Shown: piece by piece, positions 26,201-37,454 of the stretch | Numbering within the stretch: position 1 is the first letter of the stretch | Layout: each line of letters opens with the position of its first letter | Assembly: GCA_905250115.1 (NCBI GenBank) | Contig: CAJNOI010000182.1 | Span: forward strand, 108,962 to 154,209 | DNA length: 45,248 nt | Source: Adineta steineri | Lineage: Eukaryota | Reading direction: 5' to 3' | Translations under genes and position numbers: made by a program | The notes under the pieces: model-generated | The model's input: only the letters and a program-made list of their open reading frames with translations | What the model was told of the DNA's origin: nothing | Databases searched by the model: none

Positions 26201-27646
26201 TTTTTAATTTGTTTTATATTGAGAAATGCCAGGCATATATATTCTAAATAATCATCTACTAACCTATTAAATTATATCTTGTCGGATCTTCAGTTTATTG
26301 GTCTGTGAAAATATTTTAGATCTTTCTTTTCTTTTTAAAACGCATGTCATACTATCGTTTATCATAGATTTGTTGATGTAACACATGACTTATCAATAAA
26401 TAATCTTTGTAGTTCTTGTTTCGATTGAATAACAGACAATATGGATAATTAGAATAATTCTATGCCTGTTGACCGATAAATGGCAAATATAGGTTAAGAT
26501 TCTACTTTGCTAAAGGATAACTTAGATGCAGATTATAAAAAGTTTAAAAATCAGAATCTATGTTCTCTGTATGTAAATATCTGCTTCAATAAATTTACAT
26601 ATGTATCTTGTATAAATTAAATTAAATACAAAATTTCATATGAAGTAGATGTCACTAGTTACCATACATGGTGACAATGATTTAATTGTGTAATAACAAA
26701 TAAGAAAATCTTACTAATTCAACTTAACATATAAAATCTTTAATTAAGAAACAAATTTTATGAGAAGGCATATTTGACACAAGTCAAACCAACATCATGA
26801 CGTTGATTGGATGTAATGCTCTTTGTCCGTTCTTTCTTGGTGGTTAAAATAAAGTGAAAAAAAGATTGATATGCATTGCATTGCACTGATTGACTCAGAC
26901 AAATATATTCAGCGAGACCAATCTGTAATAGTCATTAGTTGGTTAGCGGTTTACGTAAGGGAACGAAAGAATCTTATATTATATCGGTTTTTTTTAGTAG
27001 TATTTCCCAATTCTTTGCATGATTTCTTTGTCTCTTTATTTCATGTACATATTTTAGTACGAGATCTATGAATGACATACTCGTGAATAACATATGTAAA
27101 TGAAGAGTACCGTTAAAATTCAGAAACATTAATGAGACACTGTACCCTACTTTCTTCTAGCTAGTGTTGAATGAGTAATGAACAAAAAAGAAATTGCAGA
27201 TCGTATCTGAACGTTTTGAAATATCTTACGTTATTTCATAGAAATACCATGACAATTGTAGAGAGAGATAAGTGTCTAGCGTAATAATAGACCCGTAGCG
27301 ATACGCCCATAAGGTTACCTTCATTGGTCCTTGAAAATATTTATTTCAATAAATTTTTTTTTTCGTTTTTCGATGAGGTTAATAGTATTTTATGTCATTC
27401 ATAAAAGAACCGTTAAAGTAATGTTTTCTTTATGAGAAAGGTATGTAGTCAAATTATTATATATATATTTTTTCTAATAAATAGTTCTTTTTTATTATTT
27501 TATATTCAATGACATACGCTACGTTGTCATAAAATCTTATTTGCTAACCGCAGAGAACGATTAAAAGTTAAACATAAGATGTTTTCTTTTTTTATAAAAT
27601 CAGATTAAGTTGACTTCTATTTTTTCCTTTCCTTTGCTTAATGTGT

Positions 27647-27678
27647 GTGTATATGTATGTATGTATGTATGTGTGTCT
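27647..27678. repeat. (TATG/TGTA)n microsatellite
   Basis: gtgtgtgtatatgtatgtatgtatgtatgtgtgt. Confidence 0.75.
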
Positions 27679-27713
27679 GTCTATTCTCTTCCTTCTCGAG
27701 TATGTATTGGGTA

Positions 27714-27752
27714 GCCAATGATAGACAGAGAGATGGTCATGTATATAAGAGA
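27714..27752 (+). promoter_or_regulatory. Candidate core promoter for the SUN-domain gene, with a CCAAT box and a TATA box.
   Basis: gtagCCAATgat is at about 27714 and catgTATATAAgag at about 27742. They lie 230-270 bp upstream of the ATG at 27981 and on the same strand. Confidence 0.35.
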
Positions 27753-27980
27753 GTGATTTTCGTTCTTTTCCGTCGGTTTGTCCTCTAGTGCATCCTAATC
27801 GTAGCGGTCGTTCTTTGTCTATAGCGTTCACCGATGCTATCACATCGCTCTATGTATATATGACCATAGAAGAAGGAAATGGCAGTGAAAGAAGTTCAGC
27901 ATGAGTTAATAATTTTCTTATGTTTTTTTTTTATTTTTAGATTTGTATTTATTTAATTAAGAGAAAAAAATAATAATTCA

Positions 27981-30501
27981 ATGACAGATTCACTAATTGA
28001 TGATGAAATTGTTGATGTTCGATCATCTACGAGTAGACCAGGCGTAGCAAGTGCTACTTCATCAATAACAACAACACATCGTCGACCAATGTTTATCGAA
28101 ACAGAAGTTCGAACTGATACGGTTACGACACGTCGAATGGCATCGGCTGCTGCAAATAAAAGTGTTCACGATGTACTTGAAAATACCAAATCACCTAATC
28201 AGTAAATATTATTTTTTAATCAAAATTTACATATATACATATATAAATTCTTTTTTCTAGTGATCGCCAATCAACAAGTTATACTTATGCTCATAGGTTC
28301 GTATTAAATCGAATACTTTGAAGAATATAACCATGAAAGATTACCACCCTTCTCCTTTGATTCATATCATAATTATAAAAGGCGATTAAAATTCCTAAGA
28401 ATTTCGTCATGTGGATTAGTTCTATTCATTATAGAAATTCAAAATTTAATATCTTTTGTTTTTTAGCAATTCATATGCGCCTGTGTCACGACCTGCCGCA
28501 TACGACATTCCTGCAATGTCACGCCGTAGTTTACATGGTGGTTATCAAAATGGTGTAGAATCAACTGTTGCTTCAGCATTTTCATCACCACAACAATTTC
28601 TATCAACTATTCGAACACAATTAACAAATGGTTATGATGCTGTTCGTGATCGTATAACTAATTTAATTGGTCACCAAGGTGCATCATCACGCGATGCAAC
28701 AAGTGGTGGTGGACGACATACTCGTACATCGTCACAATCATCAGGTTCTAGTCGAGCGAAAGGTTATAATCTTCGTTCACGTCCTGTTCATTCAACACCA
28801 CGGGATACTGATACTGATCAACATAATCAACATCGTAAAACAACTAAACATCGCAAAGATCAACATGGTGAAATTGATGAAGAAGAAGAAGATGATTACG
28901 ATCATGATCACAAACAACCACAACATTTCTTTCATAAAATAATTCATTATGTTAAAAAAGTATTTCATTCACCTATTGATATTTTTGATACAATTTGGGA
29001 TAAATTAAAAAGTTTACCATGGTGGTTACTTATTCCACTTCTTATATTTCTTGGTCTTTATACTTGTAAGTTATATAAATTATTCTTATTCTTATTTTAT
29101 TTCTCTTTTTTTTCAGTACCTTTTTTGGCTTGTAAACCATTTGAACGTTTTCATCATCCAAAAGTAGTTGATGTTTGTCGAGATGTTCATGATTATACAC
29201 AAAATTTAACTAAAAATACATATAAATTTGCTCGTGGTCATACATATGAACGTGGCCTTCGTAATCTAAAACAAGTTTATCGTTCAGCACAAGATGTTAA
29301 AGATTCGGTATTAAATTCTTTAAATGATGTATATTACACAGGAAAACGTGCGCTACGTGGTTCTGTTGGTGGTGTTAAAAATCGTGTTAGTGATGCTGTT
29401 GAAACAACAGCTGAAAATGCAAAAGAATATTATGATGCTGGTATACAAAAAGTTCATAATCTTATTGAAGAACTCAAACAAGAACGAGAAAAAATTCTTG
29501 GAGTGTAAGTTTAATAGATAAAAGAAACATTTATTTTCATTGAAAATTTTTTTTAATTTAGACGACATACATTGAAACCTGATGAAGAAAAAGAATTAGG
29601 AGCGGTAAATAAAATATTAAAAGAAAAGTCTTAGAATGTTTTTATTCTGTTTGTTTTAGATGGTTCGAAAATTAATTGATGAATATGCAGCCGATGAAAC
29701 AGGTCAAGCTGATTATGCACTTGAAGCTAATGGTAAATTTAAAAAAAACTAAATAATAAATTTCATCTAACTTTATTTCTTCTTTTATAAATTAGGCGGA
29801 AAAATTGTTGATACTCGTTGTCAAGAATATACTGATGAACCACGACAAAACGTTGTTAAATTTCTTGGTATCCCTATTGTTCATATGTCGAAACAACCTG
29901 ATATTATTATAAAAGTATGTCTTTTGAATTTTGTACAAATTAGTTGATAAAATAAAAATGTTTTTATAGCATGGACGTATGCCTGGTCAATGTTTTCCAT
30001 TTAAAGGTGATCATGGAAGTGTTATTGTTCGATTAGCTGTACCTGTTGTACCAACAGAATTTGTACTTGAACATTTATCAAAAAGTATTTCAATCGTTGG
30101 ACATATTAATAGTGCACCAAATAATTTTACAGTTTATGTATGTAAAAATTAAAAAACGAAAATATTCTTTTCTAATTTTTCTCTTTTTGTTTTTTCACAG
30201 GCCTTAAAAGATAAACATGATAGAGAAGGTACTGTTCTTGGTCGATATTATTATGATGCAGAAAATGGTCCAGCACTTCAAAGATTTAAACCTCAAGTAT
30301 GATTTTTTTTTCTTGTGAAATAAGAAAACAAAATCTAAATATATATTTTGAATTGTTTTTTTTTATTAGATTGCTAATATGCCCGTTGTTGAATATATTG
30401 AAATTCAAGTAAATTCCAATTGGGGTAATCCGAATTATACATGTTTATACAGATTTCGTGTACATGGTGATATGCAAACTGTTGCTCCAACAGCTGCATA
30501 G
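27981..30501 (+). CDS. SUN-domain (Sad1/UNC-84) inner-nuclear-membrane protein, 9 exons plus one optional in-frame micro-exon.
   Basis: Exons are 27981..28201, [28261..28296 optional, 36 nt, in frame], 28467..29065, 29117..29504, 29562..29604, 29660..29732, 29796..29914, 29970..30137, 30201..30296 and 30370..30501. There is a transmembrane helix LPWWLLIPLLIFLGLYT and a coiled-coil region. The C-terminal SUN domain reads GGKIVDTRCQEYTDEP...CFPFKGDHGSVIVRLAVPVVPTEFVLEHLSKSISIVGHINSAPNNFTVY...YIEIQVNSNWGNPNYTCLYRFRVHG. This matches the SUN1/2 consensus (..SNWGHPEYTCLYRFRVHG). Confidence 0.85.
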
Positions 30502-31399
30502 AGCTTAATGCATTATTTGTTTTGTTTTTCGAGAAAAAACTTTATTCTATTCTATCACAACGAAAGTTCATATTGAATTACCTCGTTGTGATGTTTATGT
30601 ATTATTAATCATTGTTTGTTTGTAAAACATAAAAAAGTACTTAGTTTGTTTGTTGTATGATAATGTATTTAGAAAAATGCATTAACAAAAAAAAAAGCGT
30701 ATGAAATTTAATCTAGACATTCTTTTTTTTCTTATGTCGTATATGTATGTGTCTATTGTATTTGTTCAATCTCGCGGTTTTTTCTTTTCTCACTTTTTTT
30801 TGTCTATAACTTGTGTGTCATTGTCAGTGTGCTTCCTTTTCTTTTCTCGTCGTCTAACATATATTTGAAAATAAAAATATAGACATTTTTGCAACAAATA
30901 AAAAGGAAAATTTTTGATTTGATTTGCTAACTATGAATAATTCTTGCATTCTGATGAAATGTTTTTCAAAATGACGTAAGTAGGGCAAAACAAGAACTTT
31001 TTGTTTATCGATTACAAACTCATTTTGCAATTTTTTCTATATTTCATATTAATTGGTAATTCATACAAAAAAAAATTTCATTTTGAGAATGCAATTTGAT
31101 TCTTTTCCCCCTAATTCATCCGTATATCTCTGTATACTCCTTATCATTATTAGTAAGTAACTTCGATTGTGCAAGAACATAATAGAATGTAGACGAGAGA
31201 GTGAAATATAGATTTTATCGTAAGTCTTGTTTTTTTCTCTTCTGTTCTACTCAACGGGGTAAACTTGCACAATATTTTGAAAATGTTCTTTACCATTTAA
31301 AATGCAATACCATACCCACAGTTTTTTCCGTTTATAAAAGCCCTTCAATTTCTTATTTTTGTCTAGATTATTACTGATATATCTGTAGTAATACACACA

Positions 31400-34300
31400 A
31401 TGAGTAAAACAACTACTGCAAGTGATACTAAAAGTCATTCAAGTCCAGTTTATCGAATTCCACCTTATCATTATATTCATGTATTGGATCAAAATACAAA
31501 TGTTACACGACTTGAAATTGGTCCCAAAACATTCATTAAACAAGATAATGAAACAGTTATTCTTGGACCCGAAAAGATGATCACAGTACCGTATGTAAAA
31601 AAGAAATGCAAATAAATAAATAATTATTTTAAATCTTATTTCAGACCACGTCATTATTGTGTTGTTGAATCACCTGTAATACGCAATGAAGCTGGAGAAG
31701 TAGAATTTGATGAAAATGGTCAAGCTAAACTTATTCATGCTGATTTGGATATTCGTCTTGCACAACCTGATCAAGCACCATTTCCACTTTATCCTGGTGA
31801 AGTTCTTCGTCAAGTATAGGATTGAAAAAATTTTGTTTAAGAAATAATATCAATTATTAAATTCTTTTTTAGCCTGTTACTCCTTTAAAAGTTGTACCTG
31901 CTAATTCAGCATTACGGCTCAAAGCTGTACTTGATTTTGATGATGAAACTGCTAAAGAACAACGTCGTGCTGGTGATGAATGGTTATTTGAAGGTCCAGC
32001 TACTTATATTCCACGTAAAGAAGTTAGTGTTGAGGAACAAATTCGTGCTACAGTTATTGGTTCTAATCAAGCCATTCGACTTTGTGCAAAAAAAGAAATT
32101 ACTGATCGTACTGGTCAACATCGTGTCACTGGTGAAGAATGGTTAGTTAAAAAAACCGGTGCTTATTTACCTCTTGCATATGTAAGTTAAAAAATTACTT
32201 TTATTAATACTAATTAATTATAAACTAAACATTATAGGAAACAGTTGTTTCTGTTGAAAATGCTCATGTATTAACCGATAAAAAAGCTTTACAACTTCGT
32301 GCATTAAAAACATTTACTGATGATTTTGGTAAAGAACGTATGAATGGTGAAGAATGGCTTATAACTTATCTTGATACAGAAACACATATACTTAGTGTTT
32401 ATGAACAATTAGTTGCTGTTGTTGATGTAATAACACTTAATTCTCGTCAATATTGCGTTATAATTGATCCAGTTGAAGATGGAAAACAACAATTAGGAAA
32501 AAAAGTTTGTTATCAAAAATTTTTGTTTTGTATTTTAGAAAAGTTAGAATTTTTTTAGAAACTTATTCTTGGTGAAAAATCATTTTTTCTTCAACCTGGT
32601 GAAAAACTTGAAAATGGTATTCAAGATGTTTTTATATTAGGCGCAGATGAAGGTGTTATACTTAAATGTATAGAAGCATTTGAAGATCAACAAGCTAATG
32701 TAAAACGAAATCCTGGTGATCGATGGATGATTCGCGGTCCAACGTAAGATATGGATTTTTATTTAATTTTGAAAATTAATTTAAAATAAATTTTTAGTGA
32801 ATATATTCCTCCAACACAAGTTGAAGTTGTTACACGTCGAAAAGCACTTCCACTAGATGAAAATGAAGGTATCTATGTTCGTGATATAAAAACGGGTCGT
32901 GTACGGGCTGTTATTGGTGAAACTTATATGTTAACACAAGACGAAGAACTTTGGCAAAAAGAATTACCTAAACAAGTTGAAGATTTATTAACACGTGATG
33001 CGTTAGTTGATCGAAATATTCCAACACGTAATAGAACAACTGATAAAAATCAATCTCAACAAGAAACTACTACTAATTCAAAATCAAATGCAGTTAAACG
33101 TGATAAATCTAAATTAGTTACATATCGTGTTCCACACAATGCATGCGTACAAATTTATGATTATAAAGCTAAAAAAGCACGAATTATTTTTGGTCCTGAA
33201 CTTGTTATGCTTGGTCCAGATGAACAATTTACATTACTTTCATTAAGTGGTTCTGTACCAAAAAAACCTAATCAAATTCAATCACTTTGTTTATTATTGG
33301 GACCCGATTTTTTTACTGATGTTATTGTTATTGAAACAGCTGATCATGCTCGTCTTTCTCTTCAACTTTCATATAATTGGCATTTTCAAATTACTGACAT
33401 CAGTGATGAAAAAGAAGCTGCAAAACTTTTTTCAGTACCAGATTTTATTGGTGATGCAGCTAAAGCTATTGCTTCTCGTATACGTGGTGCTGTTGCTGGA
33501 ACACAATTTGATGATTTTCATAAAAATTCAGCTCAAATCATTCGTGCAGCTGTATTTGGTCTTGATGCTAATCAACAAATTCGACAACATTTTATTTTTC
33601 CACAAAATAATTTAGTTTTAACATCAATTGATATTCAAAGTGTTGAACCTGTTGATCAACGTACACGGGATGCACTTCAAAAAAGTGTTCAATTAGCTAT
33701 TGAAGTAAGAGGAATTATTCTAATACAAATATCTAAAAGTAAAAATAAATAATTTAGATTACAACAAATTCACAAGAAGCAGCTGCTAAACATGAAGCTT
33801 CACGTCGAGAACAAGAAGCTAAAGGTTTATTAGAACGACAACGTATTAGAGATGAAGCTGAAGCTGAAGATGTTCGAAAACAACTTCTTCAATTACAAGC
33901 ATTATCAGCTGCTGTTGAATCAACTGGTCAAGCTAAAGCTGAAGCACAAAGTCGTGCTGAATCACATCGAATTGAAGGTGAAGCAGCTGTTGAACAAGGT
34001 ATGAATAGAAATTATTGATGATAAAATTTTCATATAAAAAAATTATTTTTATTTTAATTAGCTCGTCTTAGAGCAGAAGCTACACGTATTGAAGCTGAAG
34101 CTGAATTATCACGTTTGAAATTAGCACGTGAAGCTGAAATAAAATTTTTACGTGAACAAAATGAATTAGAAATTAATAAAAAAGCTGAAATGTCAAAAAT
34201 TGAAACTGAGAAATTTACATTACAAGTTGAAGCGATTGGAGCATCAACCATTCAAGCAATTGCTACTTCTGGTCCAGATACACAAGTTAAACTTTTACAA

Positions 34301-34462
34301 GCACTTGGTCTTCAATCAATGTTGGTTACTGATGGAAATACACCTATTAATCTAATGGGTTTTGGACAAGGACTTTTAGGTGGTTTAACTGGAAATACAA
34401 ATAAAAAATCTAGAACAGCTACTAATACTTCTAGTAATTATCATATTGAAGAGAATGATTAG
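31400..34462 (+). CDS. MVP: Major vault protein (MVP), 8 exons, 889 aa.
   Basis: Exons are 31400..31590, 31644..31812, 31873..32181, 32238..32504, 32559..32743, 32798..33704, 33758..33998 and 34062..34462. All junctions are GT..AG and in frame. The product is collinear with vertebrate MVP throughout: [209 protein letters not shown].. and the C-terminal coiled-coil cap. Confidence 0.93.
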
Positions 34463-35272
34463 ATACAATAAATTTATATTTCTTGATGAACAAAACCAAA
34501 AAAAATATTGTCTGTTCGTTTATGTTTTAATGTTGATAACTTTGTTCTAAACATTTAGTTTGATTATTTTGTAAAAGTTTACACATGAACAATAAATATG
34601 ACTATTTACCATACAATATAAGTTCTTATGTTATTTGTTTCAATATATAAGCTTAGTTATATCACATTTTACCATCTTGAGGTCATAGACAGAGCAAACC
34701 CACATCCTGGAAGTAAAGAATTTTTGAATCAAATCAAAAAGAAAAGCATATTTTATTTTATAGCCATTTGTTGGATTTCGTTTATGAAATGGAAATTTAC
34801 CATTTAAAAAAACTAGTGCAGTTCTAAGCCATCGTGAAGTTCAATATATTGATGATCATGAATTGAAGCTTGATCAAGTTATTACTGTGTACTAATGCCA
34901 AAAGTACCTTTAAATATTTCTACACGAAGTAAACTTATTGAAAATTACAAAGGAAAAAAAAATAAAGTTATTTTTGATTATTGTTTCTAGCTCATTGACT
35001 TGCAATTGAAGGTAACGACTAACCATTAAAGCGGATCTTACGACAGATTCATTAGATCCTGTAAGATTCTCTAGAACAAAATCAAGTTTTCGATGTATTT
35101 TATTGTGTTTTTATATGAAGTCGCTAACAAAGAAATGACGTAATCTTGATGCATCCAAAAGAAAAGTTCAAATCCACATAAACTTTCTTTGGTACATTTA
35201 AAAAAAATACTCATGAATTATGGATGATAGAACTAGTAGCGTATCCAAGGCCACCGATAAAAACCTCTTGAG

Positions 35273-35330
35273 GGTGTGGGTGTGTGTTGGTGTCTCTTTT
35301 CTTAACTTACACCCATACCCAGCCACACCT
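35273..35330 (-). repeat. GT-rich quasi-palindromic hairpin element, copy 1, inverted relative to copies 2 and 3.
   Basis: gggtgtgggtgtgtgttggtgtctcttttcttaacttacacccatacccagccacacc. Its reverse complement is about 90% identical to 35404..35456. Confidence 0.6.
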
Positions 35331-35403
35331 TCGCCCTCACACGTATCTACACCCTAAATTGATTTTTCGAGACGAACTAAATATATATAGATAAATATAT
35401 TAC

Positions 35404-35456
35404 GGTGTGGGTGTCAGTTAAGAAAAGAGACACCAACTCACACCCACACCCACGTT
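35404..35456 (+). repeat. GT-rich quasi-palindromic hairpin element, copy 2. It marks the start of tandem unit A.
   Basis: ggtgtgggtgtcagttaagaaaagagacaccaactcacacccacaccc. The arms GGTGTGGGTGTC / GACACC..CACCCACACC are mutually complementary. Confidence 0.6.
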
Positions 35457-35640
35457 CCGTTCAACCGAAATACTGCTTCCATGAAATCGTCGGAATACCA
35501 CGGAACCGGCCGTTTCCATGTCGGATTGTTCGACCTGGGCCATCGGTTTGTTCTGTTTTCTTGTTATTATATGAAAGTATATTTGTAAATTTATTCTAGA
35601 TATATATTTTTTCTTGTCCAAAAACGAAATTTGCAGCAAA

Positions 35641-35893
35641 ATGGCTGGATCATTTATTTTAACTGAAGGAAATGAATTAGCAATAGCTTATTTCAATCGA
35701 GCAGAATATGCTATTGCAATTGTTGATGATGCTGGCTTCGTTTACGATAAGAGTATTAAAATATCAGAAAAGAAATGTGCTGATTTGTTTATGTGATGAT
35801 GAATGTGTTATACTTAAAAGTAGAAAGAATGAAAAAATGTTTTTTGTTCTTGGTGATATTACATGTGCATATGTCTGTATTGAAATGGATTAA
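35641..35893 (+). pseudogene. Frameshifted relic of a CDC48/VCP N-terminal-domain gene (unit A).
   Basis: MAGSFILTEGNELAIAYFNRAEYAIAIVDDAGFVYDKSIKISEKKCADLFM* stops prematurely. The continuation, ...CDDECVILKSRKNEKMFFVLGDITCAYV, is homologous to the unit-B sequence LFVDNGEYVIVKSEKCLETICIVRGDNTCL but lies in another frame. Confidence 0.65.
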
Positions 35894-35945
35894 GATGCAC
35901 AAAGTAATTTAGCTGTAAAAAAAGGTGACACTGTATCTATTCAAG

Positions 35946-36003
35946 GGGTGGGTGTGGGTGTAAGTTAAGGAAAGTGACACCAACACACACCCACACCCAA
36001 CCT
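35946..36003 (+). repeat. GT-rich quasi-palindromic hairpin element, copy 3 (start of unit B).
   Basis: ggggtgggtgtgggtgtaagttaaggaaagtgacaccaacacacacccacacccaacc. Confidence 0.6.
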
Positions 36004-36187
36004 CCGTTCAACCGAAAACTGCTTCCATGAAATCGCCGGAATACCACGGAACCAGCTGTTTCCGTGCCGGATTGTTCGACCTGGACCACCGGTTTGTTTT
36101 GTTTTCTTGTTATTATATGAAAGTATATTTATAAATTTATTCTAGATATATACTTTTTCTTATCCAAAAACGAAATTTGGCAGCAAA

Positions 36188-36574
36188 ATGGCTGGATCAT
36201 TTATTTTCACTGAAGAAAATGAATTAGCAGCAGCATATCTCAATCGTGCCCAACATGCCAATGCAATTGTAGACGATGCTGGTTTTTATTATGACAAAAG
36301 CATCAAGTTATCAGACAAGAAACGTGCTGATTTGTTTGTAGATAATGGTGAATATGTTATAGTCAAGAGTGAAAAATGTCTTGAAACAATTTGTATTGTT
36401 CGTGGCGATAACACATGTCTCAATGATCGTATTCGACTAAATACCGTTGTAACAGACAATTTACGTGTATATTCTCGTGATTTTGTTACAATTCATAAGT
36501 GTGGAAATGTTCCAGATGGTAGCCATATATATGTTTTACCGATTGGTTATTCTGAACACGGATCAAGTAGTTGA
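36188..36574 (+). CDS. Stand-alone CDC48/VCP N-domain (double-psi beta-barrel, Nn subdomain) ORF, 128 aa. It may be a remnant first exon of a decayed VCP paralog.
   Basis: MAGSFIFTEENELAAAYLNRAQHANAIVDDAGFYYDKSIKLSDKKRADLFVDNGEYVIVKSEKCLETICIVRGDNTCLNDRIRLNTVVTDNLRVYSRDFVTIHKCGNVPDGSHIYVLPIGYSEH.. aligns with p97 residues about 20-115: [96 protein letters not shown]. It terminates before the Nc subdomain and has no ATPase domain. Confidence 0.6.
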   Translation: MAGSFIFTEENELAAAYLNRAQHANAIVDDAGFYYDKSIKLSDKKRADLFVDNGEYVIVKSEKCLETICIVRGDNTCLNDRIRLNTVVTDNLRVYSRDFVTIHKCGNVPDGSHIYVLPIGYSEHGSSS

Positions 36575-36690
36575 TAAAGGATGGGATTCTTTTCAAGTAC
36601 TCTCAAAAACCGAATTGGTGATATTTTTTATTAACTTACATTATTATTGTTTATATATCTATGTTTAGAAAAATTCAGCTATTGTAATTA

Positions 36691-36826
36691 CCCAGGTCGA
36701 TGAATACGCGATTCGTATACGGTCGTAATACTGAGACAGGTAATACGCTAAAGTACGACGGAATACGGCACGACATTCGTATACTGTTCGTATACGGTCG
36801 TTTACGACAGACAATGTTCGACCTGG
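36691..36826. mobile_element. 136-bp MITE with perfect palindromic termini CCCAGGTCGA...TCGACCTGGG and subterminal repeats.
   Basis: The first 11 nt, cccaggtcgat, equal the reverse complement of the last 11 nt, (a)tcgacctggg/ttcgacctggg. The interior has reiterated cgtatacggtcgt and gtaatacg motifs. There is no ORF. Confidence 0.6.
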
Positions 36827-36835
36827 GACTATTAT

Positions 36836-37001
36836 AGCTACAACAAATCGACAACGTTTAATTGATTTGCCGCTTTATCTTCGTGCTCAATTTATATACG
36901 AAGTTCTTATTAACACACCTGATGCTGATGAGCGTTTTGATATTCTTGGTAAATACACAGAAAATATGCAATTGGATGATGATGATCGAATACTGCCACC
37001 G
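36836..37001 (+). pseudogene. Isolated fragment of a VCP/CDC48 D1 ATPase domain (the region just after the arginine fingers), sitting between inverted MITE copies.
   Basis: The in-frame translation ..LRAQFIYEVLINTPDADERFDILGKYTENMQLDDDD.. aligns with p97 [39 protein letters not shown]. It is only about 55 codons long and is bounded by a stop codon and by MITE sequence. Confidence 0.55.
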
Positions 37002-37005
37002 TAAC

Positions 37006-37127
37006 CGATCGTTTATCTGCGTGAACGAGAGTATACGATACGGAGAAATACGACCGTAATACTAAGACACGTAATACGTGAAAATACGACCGTATACGAA
37101 TTGAGTATTCATCGACCGGGGTATGTT
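37006..37127. mobile_element. Partial second copy of the 36691..36826 MITE, in inverted orientation.
   Basis: The reverse complement of 37090..37127, ccccggtcgatgaatactcaattcgtatacggtcgta, matches 36691..36727, cccaggtcgatgaatacgcgattcgtatacggtcgta, at 33 of 37 positions. It shares the same subterminal motifs. Confidence 0.55.
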
Positions 37128-37454
37128 CGGCAGCTACTTTATATCGAATTCGACAACAAATGGATGTTATCGACGCCGCAAAAAAAATCATTCATTCCAA
37201 TGTCTTCGGTTCATCAGCTGTAAAAAAAGAAGATTTTCTATTCGTCTTAAACAACAGAAAATAAAAATTTATCTGTATTTGTTGTTTTTTTTTTGAATTA
37301 AATCAACAAAATAAAATATATATTATATTGATCTAAAACTTTTCTAATTATTCTTTGGTACGTGCATCAATATACAAATTTTATTTGAAAAATAATTTAT
37401 CATTTATAAAAACATTTGTTCTGAACTCTGTATACTCAATAAAAAAATATGAAA

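Larger units (their letters stand above)
35404..36577 (+). repeat. Tandem duplication of a ~545-bp unit, made of a hairpin element, a conserved upstream block and a CDC48-N ORF. Unit A is 35404..35945 and unit B is 35946..36577.
   Basis: Alignment by eye shows the ~235 bp upstream of each ATG (35405-35640 vs 35950-36187) to be about 93-95% identical. The coding parts are only about 70-83% identical, and unit A is frameshifted. Confidence 0.7.

Noticed and set aside
28667-28942. 91-aa ORF in an alternative frame within the SUN gene's large exon.
   Set aside because: It is an off-frame overlap with a gene that has clear homology in the other frame.
33247-33615. 122-aa plus-strand ORF inside MVP exon 6, in another frame.
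   Set aside because: It is an overlapping alternative frame of a well-supported conserved exon. Its composition is Leu/Ile-rich low complexity, typical of AT-rich off-frame reading.
35273-35456. Interstitial yeast-like telomeric TG1-3 tract (GGTGTGGGTGTG).
   Set aside because: The tracts are only about 12-15 nt, are each mirrored by a complementary C-rich arm (hairpin), and recur as a discrete ~50-bp element. They do not form a tandem telomeric array.
35485-35540. Possible 5S rRNA or SINE similarity (..ggaataccacgg.. / ..gttcgacctgg..).
   Set aside because: There is no collinear match to the 5S consensus beyond a 7-mer. The sequence is better explained as the MITE-end motif shared with 36816..36826.
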